The notes beneath the pieces were generated by a model that was given only the letters and a program-made list of their open reading frames with translations, ran no database searches and had not been told where the DNA came from. From IMG/VR virus record IMGVR_UViG_3300012964_000003, positions 1 to 64,000 of that record: a DNA stretch of 64,000 nt; one strand, written 5' to 3'. Shown piece by piece: positions 17,678 through 24,358 of the stretch. A program made the position numbers and the translations under genes. Source of the stretch: a virus. Numbering within the stretch: position 1 is the stretch's first letter; every line of letters starts with the position of its first letter.

Positions 17678-18100
17678 TTACCCCTCCTCGTCTGGCAGAA
17701 TATGGTAGGTGATGTCCGGCTCGTCTTCCTCGCCCCAAGCCGGATGGTCCCAGCCCATGCAGAGCAGGTGACGGTTGTAGTTCTTGCTGTGCGCCTTGCG
17801 GTAGGTGTCCTCCGCCGCGTTGGCGCTTTCCGCCTCCACGTGCTCCAGGACCGTCACCTTGCCGCCCTCTTTGGGCGTGGTGCAGATGGCGAACTTGTAG
17901 GTGACGTTCTCTGGCGTGTCACCCAGCACGCGCTTGACGTAGCCGCGCCTGGTCCAGCCGGGCATGCCTTGGGCGTCGTCGAAGAACACCTTGGTGCCCA
18001 GCGCCTGTGGGTGGCATCCGAAGCCAGTCTTGGCATCGACGACGGAGCCATCCTCAAGCTCGACCCGCTTGCCCTCCAGATTGATGTCCTCGATGCTCAT
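17678..18100 (-). CDS. hypothetical protein, 140 aa
   Basis: ORF track. RBS AAAGGAG. Confidence 0.5.
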   Translation of the reverse strand: MSIEDINLEGKRVELEDGSVVDAKTGFGCHPQALGTKVFFDDAQGMPGWTRRGYVKRVLGDTPENVTYKFAICTTPKEGGKVTVLEHVEAESANAAEDTYRKAHSKNYNRHLLCMGWDHPAWGEEDEPDITYHILPDEEG

Positions 18101-18113
18101 TGCATTCTCCTTT

Positions 18114-18193
18114 CACACAGCCTGCCTCATCAGCGGTGGGGTGGCTGGCTCCCACCGGACTCCGCCCGCACATGGCGAGCGGAGTTTCGGCTG
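18114..18193 (-). ncRNA. hammerhead-ribozyme-like element, type II, unit H
   Basis: UAA, then CAGCC-GAAA. III is 10 bp, CUCCGCUCGC/GCGGGCGGAG, then GUC. Stem I is CGGUGGG/CCCACCG with loop AGCCAGCCAC. Loop CAGCC pairs with flank GGCUG. Confidence 0.55.
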
Positions 18194-19087
18194 TTACGCC
18201 ACGTCCTCTTCGGAATAGGCGAACCCTGTGATGACCATGCTCTGGAACTCGCCGTCGGGTGCAGTTGCCGGAGTTACGGCATACCCCTGCTTGAGCAAGA
18301 AGCGATACAGGTGCGCAGCGCGTTCTGCCGTGACCGTCTTGGCTCCGTCCCTGACTGCCTTGTCCCGCGCATGATAGGCATCCCAGTCCTCGTCCTCTCC
18401 GCGCTCAGGCGACGTGAAGGCGATGTCGCCCGCGACAACGATGACCCGACGAACAGGCTTGTTCTCCTGCGACACCGTGATGGCGTCCCGACGGAGAGCG
18501 AATCTGTCGCGCACACGCCGAACCTCGGTGCCCGGAAACTCCTTGACAATCTGGGCTGCCACATGCTTGGCCTGAAGAGTCTCGCCCGTGAGGGGATGAT
18601 TCGGCATCCCCTTGGCACGCTCGGCTGCAGCCTTCTTCGCTTCACGCTCAGCGACACGGTCACGGCGATACTCTAGCCGCGCATTGAGCAGCTCTGGACC
18701 GAAGTTGGCGACCAACTTCTCGTACAGCTCCAAGGCCGCCACATGCATGACCTCACTTTCTGAGTTGCGCCCGATGGATGTCGACTTGTGCCCAGAGTAG
18801 TTGAACACAAGACGGTCCAGCTGCTCTTCCACGAACACAGCCGCGCCATACATGGCGTCCTTGCCCCGCTCAGCATAGACCTCGACGTACTTGAGCATGC
18901 TGCCGAACAAACTGACCATCTCTTGCTCAGCGATGAGGTCGAGCAGATAGTCGACCGTCCAGCTATCAGCAGCATTGGCGTCCATGGCCTTGTCGACCTT
19001 GCCGCGCAAGTCCACCGCCCTGGAGGCATGCTCCTCCCTTGCCCTGGCGATGCTACCCTTGCTCATCTCATACAACGAAATATGCAT
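18194..19087 (-). CDS. hypothetical protein, 297 aa
   Basis: Long ORF. RBS AAAAGGAGAA. Confidence 0.55.
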   Translation of the reverse strand: MHISLYEMSKGSIARAREEHASRAVDLRGKVDKAMDANAADSWTVDYLLDLIAEQEMVSLFGSMLKYVEVYAERGKDAMYGAAVFVEEQLDRLVFNYSGHKSTSIGRNSESEVMHVAALELYEKLVANFGPELLNARLEYRRDRVAEREAKKAAAERAKGMPNHPLTGETLQAKHVAAQIVKEFPGTEVRRVRDRFALRRDAITVSQENKPVRRVIVVAGDIAFTSPERGEDEDWDAYHARDKAVRDGAKTVTAERAAHLYRFLLKQGYAVTPATAPDGEFQSMVITGFAYSEEDVA

Positions 19088-19104
19088 GGCGTTCTCCTTT
19101 TCTT

Positions 19105-19173
19105 GTGGCCTGCCTCATTCAGCTGCGGGCGGCCAGCCCCACAGGACCGGGCGGTGCCGCCCGGTTTCGGCTT
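19105..19173 (-). ncRNA. hammerhead-ribozyme-like element, type II, core with one inserted A (CUGAAUGA), unit I
   Basis: III is CCGGGCG/CGCCCGG with loop GCAC, then GUC. Stem I is 7 bp with loop GCUGGCCG. Loop UGGCC pairs with flank GGCCA. The core insertion may make this copy inactive. Confidence 0.4.
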
Positions 19174-19403
19174 GTTGTCCAGACGTCTTGTTGCCACCTA
19201 CGCTACGCTGCTCTTTGCCGACTTTCGCTCGCTGGCCTACTACTTCTTGCGATGTTCAGCCAGGTCGTCGCGGTGGGAAGTCTTATAGCCGCCCACGCTG
19301 TGCTGCCTTTTGCTGACTCTGGACAATCTAGTAGTTGCTGACGGTCGCCCGTTCGTACGCTCCCCGGCTATGCCGGACGTGTCCCTCGACAGACCGTCAG
19401 CAA

Positions 19404-19736
19404 TCAGCTGTGATGAGCTGCGTCTGGGTTCTTCTCGTAGGCCTCATCGACAGCCTGCTTCAGCCGCTGCCCGAAGTAGTCGGCTCCCCGATAGGAGTCG
19501 TTCGGCTTGTCCGGGTCAATGACCAGGATGTCGCTAGTGCTGAGGTCATCTCCCAAAGGGACGATGCCCAGCAGCTCTCCCTTCTCCGGCTCTGCCTCAT
19601 ACCCACCGCGCGAGTAGCCGGTGGTGGTGTAGCGGAAGCGCGCGACCATGTATGGCCGCCCACCAACGCCATTGCGGTGGTAGTGCAAGTGAAGAATCTC
19701 GAGCTCATCAACAGCATCGAACTTCGGTTTGCCCAT
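19404..19736 (-). CDS. hypothetical protein, 110 aa
   Basis: RBS AGGAGGTG. Confidence 0.5.
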   Translation of the reverse strand: MGKPKFDAVDELEILHLHYHRNGVGGRPYMVARFRYTTTGYSRGGYEAEPEKGELLGIVPLGDDLSTSDILVIDPDKPNDSYRGADYFGQRLKQAVDEAYEKNPDAAHHS

Positions 19737-19749
19737 GATGCACCTCCTG

Positions 19750-19816
19750 GTTGACCTGCCTCATCAGCCGCATGGCGGTCGCCCATGCAGGACCTGGCCG
19801 CGTGGGCCAGGTTTCG
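19750..19816 (-). ncRNA. hammerhead-ribozyme-like element, type II, unit J
   Basis: UAG abuts CC-GAAA. III is CCUGGCC/GGCCAGG, then GUC. Stem I is 8 bp with loop GCGACCG. Flank GGCAGGUCAAC. Confidence 0.6.
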
Positions 19817-19817
19817 G

Positions 19818-20097
19818 CTACGCCTCGGCCAACTCGTCCACGCGTGTGTGGAAGTCATGCCAGGCAGCCGTCTCGTCTGCGAAGTAGTGCCCCCAGCACA
19901 AGCCACCGGTGGCAGAGATGCGCCACGTGGCGTATTGCTGGTAGTGGTTGGGCATGTACCCCAACACAACGCCATCTGTGATTGGTCTCGCGCTCAGTCG
20001 AGACAACGATGATGGCCTTGGGCGTGATGCCCTCCCGCTTCATCTCCTTGTCTACAGAGATGGCGGTGTCGCGCACACGCTCGGTCTCTCTCATGAC
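19818..20097 (-). pseudogene. gene whose coding signal switches reading frame; frameshift, sequencing indel or programmed shift
   Basis: Frame A starts after AGAGGGAGG with MRETERVRDTAISVDKEMKREGITPKAIIVVSTERE and then degrades into Arg/Cys-rich junk. Frame B reads ...RPITDGVVLGYMPNHYQQYATWRISATGGLCWGHYFADETAAWHDFHTRVDELAEA and ends exactly at the next element's GAAA box. Confidence 0.35.
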
Positions 20098-20109
20098 GTG
20101 CCTCCCTCT

Positions 20110-20178
20110 GTTGACCTGCCTCATCAGCACATGGGCGGTCACCCCACGCGGACCCCAGCCTGCGCTGGGGTTTCGGCT
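20110..20178 (-). ncRNA. hammerhead-ribozyme-like element, type II, unit K
   Basis: UGA abuts GCC-GAAA. III is CCCCAGC/GCUGGGG with loop GCAG, then GUC. Stem I is 8 bp with loop GUGACCG pairing flank GGUCA. Core CUGAUGA. Confidence 0.6.
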
Positions 20179-20411
20179 CATACAGGCTTGAATTCCGGGC
20201 AGTTGGCAGGAGAGATTCCTGACCACAGACACTCGGGATGCGTGCCGCCACACACGACCTCATAGTCGGGCATGTCGCCATCTGCATAGTGGGGGCACAC
20301 CTCACATGCCGCCTGGCAGAACTCACACCCAAATGGCCCTGCGGCTGTTCCGCCTGTGTGGTCATTGGCACAGTCATCGATGCACGTTAACGGCCACCTC
20401 TCGTCAGCCAT
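20178..20411 (-). CDS. Cys-rich hypothetical protein, 77 aa
   Basis: Multiple CxxC pairs. Confidence 0.45.
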   Translation of the reverse strand: MADERWPLTCIDDCANDHTGGTAAGPFGCEFCQAACEVCPHYADGDMPDYEVVCGGTHPECLWSGISPANCPEFKPV

Positions 20412-20442
20412 CTTGCACCTCCCTTCTGCTCAAGTTCCCTCC

Positions 20443-20739
20443 CTACAGCTCGCGCAGCTTCATGCCGCGCTCAGCGGCGCACACTGGGCAGAACGCGGCT
20501 GTGGCATGCGAGTTGTGGATGCGACGCTCGTCAGCGCGCGTGGCGCCGTTGATGATGCGCGCAACCTCCCATGGTATGCCTGCCTGCCCTACCGCTGCCA
20601 TGAGCTTGGAACCGTTGCCTGAGCGGTGGCGCGCTACGCGTGCCTCCACGTCGCTGGCCCAGCCCACGTAGTGGCGCGCGTGGGCCAGCGGGTGGTGCAG
20701 GTGGATGATGTAAACTGAGCCTTGCACATCTGTGGCCAT
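20443..20739 (-). CDS. GIY-YIG nuclease domain protein
   Basis: SVYIIHL...HYVGWASDVEARVARHRSG follows the GIY-YIG pattern with a conserved Arg/His/Gly. Confidence 0.6.
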   Translation of the reverse strand: MATDVQGSVYIIHLHHPLAHARHYVGWASDVEARVARHRSGNGSKLMAAVGQAGIPWEVARIINGATRADERRIHNSHATAAFCPVCAAERGMKLREL

Positions 20740-20822
20740 GGGTGCCTCCTACCCTTGGTCTGTCTTACCGGGTCCGGTAAAGCCAAGGAAGCCATCACCG
20801 AGCGGTGGTGGCTCCCCTGGGC

Positions 20823-21053
20823 CTACAGGATGCGAAGCGCGAACTCCTGCGCGGCGCTGTGCAGCGAACGCTCATAGTGGCCGTTGGCACAGCCACAAGC
20901 GTCGCTGTCGAAAAGGTCGCCCTGCGCTGCCTGCACCATCGGGTGGCGCGGCGCGACCCAGGTCACGTGCTCATTGTTCACGGGCACGTACGCCAGCACA
21001 ACCACGTGGTCGCCGGTGGCGGCTGGCTTGGCGTCTATCAGGATGGCTTTCAT
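20823..21053 (-). CDS. hypothetical protein
   Basis: Start MKAILIDAKP after AAGGAGAGAG. Confidence 0.45.
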   Translation of the reverse strand: MKAILIDAKPAATGDHVVVLAYVPVNNEHVTWVAPRHPMVQAAQGDLFDSDACGCANGHYERSLHSAAQEFALRIL

Positions 21054-21067
21054 GGCTCTCTCCTTGT

Positions 21068-21138
21068 GGTGACCTGCCTCTTCAGACCGCACCCGGTCAA
21101 CGGTGCGGTGACCCCGCGTTAGCGGGGTTTCGGCTTGG
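21068..21138 (-). ncRNA. hammerhead-ribozyme-like element, type II, core CUGAAGA, unit L
   Basis: UAG, then CCAAGCC-GAAA. III is CCCCGC/GCGGGG, then GUC. Stem I is 8 bp with loop GUUGACCG pairing flank GGUCA. Confidence 0.55.
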
Positions 21139-21399
21139 CTAGCTCAGGGTGATGACCTCATCATCGGCGGGCACCACGATGGGGCCCTCGGGGCTGTCAA
21201 GGTCATAGAACCGACCTGAGGTCCCTGGGGTACGGCGCACCCCACCAACGGGGATGAAGCTGTCGGCACGGCGATACCAGGCCAAACGGTCAGCGGAGAA
21301 CCAGTCCTTCACGTTCAGGTTCTGCCGCATGAGCTGAACGGCTGGCCCGCCTGCCGAGCCCTCCCAAAGCTGCCTGGCGGTGATGGCTGCGGGATTCAT
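21139..21399 (-). CDS. hypothetical protein, 86 aa; first gene of the leftward operon
   Basis: RBS AAGGAGAA. Confidence 0.45.
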   Translation of the reverse strand: MNPAAITARQLWEGSAGGPAVQLMRQNLNVKDWFSADRLAWYRRADSFIPVGGVRRTPGTSGRFYDLDSPEGPIVVPADDEVITLS

Positions 21400-21412
21400 G
21401 GCGTTCTCCTTG

Positions 21413-21590
21413 TGCTCAGCTGCCTCATCGGTGCCCGCTTGCTGAAGGCGGGCAGACGCGCGCGTTGGTCAACTCGCTCCTGGTTGTCTGGGTTGGTGGT
21501 GCGGCAACCTTTGCTGACGTGGCCTGGTCGCTATGCCAGGGTCTTCAGCGCCAGAGCGTAGAGCGTTGTCCGTGACGCGCGTTTCGGCTT
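21413..21590 (-). ncRNA. hammerhead-ribozyme-like element, type II, with a ~110-nt insertion inside stem III and variant core CCGAUGA, unit M; the promoter-proximal copy
   Basis: AGCC-GAAA, then III closing stem CGCGCGU/ACGCGCG enclosing a multi-hairpin insert, then GUC. Stem I is UGCCCGC/GCGGGCA with loop CUUCAGCAA pairing flank GCUGAG. Confidence 0.4.
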
Positions 21591-22267
21591 AATGTTCAAC
21601 CCAGAGCCTTGCGCTCGCCCTTGTGGTGGGGTCATGGCGTCCTTGTCGGCTCATGCGTGGGTTGCTCTCGCTCTGCGTGCGCATCTGGCGCGCGCCTGTG
21701 TTCTGGCCTGGCTACAGCTCTTCAAACGTGGCGTGCCTGGGGTGGGGCTACCCGCCCATGTGTGGCTTCCTGTGCTAGCGGCGCGCTGGGCGTGCGTGGT
21801 GCTGATGCCGCAGCGCGCTGGGCCTGCCGTGGTGACCCGGTGTGGGGTGTGGCCATGAAGAACTGGTTGACGCGCGAACGCGCGCGAGGCGCGCGGCGCG
21901 TGGCCGGTCAGAACACTCATTCAGCAACTCAGAGTTGGCGGGCCTTGGGGTGGTTGAACCTGAGGCGATGCTGTTCCCCGCAACGCGGGGGCGTTGGGCC
22001 GATGGGCCGCGTGTGAGCAGCGGCGCTCCTGCCTCAGGCCTGACGGTGGCGCGCGGGCGGTACCGGCCCCATGGGGGACCTCACAGACAACGCTGGCGCG
22101 CGCGCGGTGAACGACGGGCCACAACCCTGTTCGTGCCTCAACCCCCGAGCCTTGCGACGCCCGGACCGGGTTGGCCGGTGCCGGTGGGGAGAGCTATGGG
22201 AAGGCGCGATGGTCCTAAGAGCATTATCCCCGTTTTCAACCCAAAAGTAAACCGAAAACGCAAAAGA

Positions 22268-22288
22268 CCTGTCAAAACAGGGCAAATC
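22268..22288 (-). terminator. third copy of the CCTGT-N4-ACAGGG element with a long U-rich tail on the minus strand, in the central control region
   Basis: Minus strand reads CCCUGUUUUGACAGG, then UCUUUUGCGUUUUCGGUUUACUUUUGG. Confidence 0.4.
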
Positions 22289-22602
22289 GTGATGACGGGA
22301 ACGGCGCTCCCCCTGGCGTTGGTTCTTTCTCTTAGGCTCATTTTCAGGAGAGAGAAGAGAGAGGGTTAGGGATAAAGGCAAGGTTGCAGCGGGGGTCTGG
22401 TTGGGCCGGTGGTCAAGTGGGCTTACATGAGCTCTCCGTGGCCAGGTGGGCGTGATTTGGGGGTTGGGGGTGCTTGGTGAATGGGGGTGCCAAGTGGTGG
22501 GTGTTGGGGCTGGTAGCGTGGGCGAAATCCCCCACGGCCTTGTTGGCTCACTTGGTAAAGCCCAAAATCAGGCACGGCTATGTGTTGTTGGCTTGTTGGG
22601 GG

Positions 22603-22868
22603 TAGGGCACTTGACCAACGCACCACATTGCTCAGGCATCAACGCGGTCGCGGCTGCCGTCACCCTGGAACGTGAGCTACTCGCTGAGCTTTACCCCAGC
22701 GCCAACCAAGGCATCAAGTATGACTTGGCCGTTGCGGGAACCAAGCCCACTGACCCGGCGCGCAACCCCCACTACCGAAAGCTGTATGACGACTACCAGC
22801 GCAGCATTGCTGAGGTGGTCGTTCAAACCACCAACCGGCTGCGCGTTCTGATGGCCGAACAGGAATAG
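22603..22868 (+). CDS. possible small protein of about 85 aa, with an alternative start; uncertain
   Basis: The C-terminal half of track ORF 22446..22868 looks protein-like (LERELLAELYPSANQGIKYDLAVAGTKPTDPARNPHYRKLYDDYQRSIAEVVVQTTNRLRVLMAEQE). Its N-terminal half is G-tract sequence. A TTG start after GGGGGTAGGG is possible. Confidence 0.25.
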
Positions 22869-22871
22869 GCC

Positions 22872-23422
22872 ATCTACCAGGGCAAACGAAAAGGCCTGGT
22901 AAATGGGCCATTGTAACCACTTGTAAGGCCATGCAGCAAGAACCAAAAGGCCTGGTAGATTGGCTGTTTTGCGTTTCCGGTCCCTTTCCCTGTGAAAACG
23001 CGAAAGGCCTGGTAGATTGGTTGCAGGCCCATTTTTGCTGGGCTTTGTAAAGCCTTACAATGGGCCATCTACCAGCGCGAATAGAATAGGGGGTTCTACC
23101 AGGGCGAACGTGCAACCAATCTACCAGGGCGAATGCGTTGGGGCGTTAGGCGCGTTCACGAAAAGGCCTGGTAGATGGGTCAAGCGAAAGGCCTGGTAGA
23201 GTGGGGTGTTTTATTAGGCCTGGTAGATGGGCCATTGTAAGCGCGTTTGGGGGCTAGCATCAAACCACCAATAACCAATCTACCAGGGCAAATCGTGTTT
23301 CTGGCCCGCTTCCCTGCGTAAAACCATTGCCCCTGGTAGACTGGCTATGGGGCCATTTTTGCGAGGCTTTACAGCGCTTTACAATGGGCCATTTACCAGG
23401 GCGAACGGAAAGCGCTGGTAGA
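22872..23422. repeat. array of about 14 copies of a 12-bp motif GGCCTGGTAGAT (8 forward, 6 reverse), plus 4 copies of a composite site joined to TGGGCCATTGTAA; iteron-like protein-binding array
   Basis: Read directly. Forward copies near 22893, 22949, 23006, 23165, 23190, 23217, 23329, 23411. Reverse copies near 22872, 23067, 23094, 23119, 23278, 23391. Spacing is irregular and orientation mixed. Confidence 0.8.
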
Positions 23423-23685
23423 TTGGTTGTTGGGCGTAAAGGCTGTTCGAGGCGCGCGGCTGTGGGCTATGGCGCCAGGCCCAAGGCGGGGGCGAGCGCA
23501 GGCAGGGGGAGGCCATGGGCGAGCGCCACGCCGGCAGGCACGAGCGCCACGGTTCCCGCAAACGTTTGCTCCGTTTGCGAGAAAAATTCGTGCTTTACGT
23601 TGCACGAGCGCGGAGTTGCTCCACAGTTTCTGCACAAAACTAAAAGTACACCTGCCACCCACCACATCAAGTGAGGTGATAGTCC

Positions 23686-24294
23686 GTGGCCCTCGACAAA
23701 CCTGGCTCTCGCAAATCCTCACCCCTCAATGCGCCCCTAGTGGGTCAGTTCTCGGCCAAGGCAGCCGACGACATCGCCCGACGCACTCTGGGTGCCATTC
23801 CCAAGAGCGGTGCAGACCCTGCCTGGGCAGAACGCGAACGCAAGGCATTGAGGCATGACCTGGCTGGCGGCCCCATGAGTGCCCCATTCTCGTTTGTGAC
23901 ACTGCTCCGCGACCGTCTAGCTGAGATTCCTCGTGACGCACCCGAGGAAGACAAGCGCACCTACGCCCAGCACCTCGTCGACATGACAATCGCAGCGGCC
24001 ATCTTGGGTGACATCCATGCTCGCAAGCTGTGCTTCGAGTACATCGAGGGGCTGCCCAAGAAGACCATTGAGACCACTGTGGAGGTGAACATCCACGAAG
24101 TCTCCGAAAGCGAACTCGACCGAGAAATCCGCGTCCTGTACGAGAGACTTGAAGCAACTCCGGAAGGTCAGCGAGCCTTGGCAGCGGCAAAGCTCCCGGC
24201 CAGAACAGGGCGGAAAGCGCCGGTCGGACCACAGCAAGCACAGAGAGGACAAGGAGGTCGTCACGGCAAGCCTGACACCCCCTCCGTCAGCTGA
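23686..24294 (+). CDS. putative terminase small subunit
   Basis: 202-aa ORF immediately upstream of TerL and immediately downstream of the repeat array. The assignment rests on position and size only. Confidence 0.45.
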   Translation: MALDKPGSRKSSPLNAPLVGQFSAKAADDIARRTLGAIPKSGADPAWAERERKALRHDLAGGPMSAPFSFVTLLRDRLAEIPRDAPEEDKRTYAQHLVDMTIAAAILGDIHARKLCFEYIEGLPKKTIETTVEVNIHEVSESELDREIRVLYERLEATPEGQRALAAAKLPARTGRKAPVGPQQAQRGQGGRHGKPDTPSVS

Positions 24295-24358
24295 CGACCC
24301 GCTAGAACAGAAGCGCCAGCTAGTTCTGCTCCTCCGGGAGAAGGCTCGCCGAGAGGCC

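Noticed and set aside
19404-19470. A further hammerhead-like copy at the CCTCATCGAC string near 19441
   Set aside because: It lies inside the coding region of gene 19404..19736 and has no GAAA box or paired hairpins.
11019-21590. Reading the repeated element as a plus-strand RNA, or as a simple terminator-promoter cassette
   Set aside because: On the plus strand the boxes read UCAUCAG and GUUUC, which is not a ribozyme core. On the minus strand they match the hammerhead core exactly and in the correct circular order. The hairpins lack the U-tract expected of intrinsic terminators. The conserved CAGGTCAAC region does not look like a -35/-10 pair in the transcribed orientation.
21592-22400. 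Long ORFs on both strands, up to 175 aa, in the GC-rich central region
   Set aside because: Translations are Arg/Gly/Ala-rich strings without start context. Overlapping ORFs on both strands in a roughly 70% GC stretch are expected by chance.
22872-23422. CRISPR array
   Set aside because: The repeat unit is only about 12 bp, occurs in both orientations, has irregular spacers (7-60 bp) and no leader-like or cas context. It fits iterons or operators rather than CRISPR.
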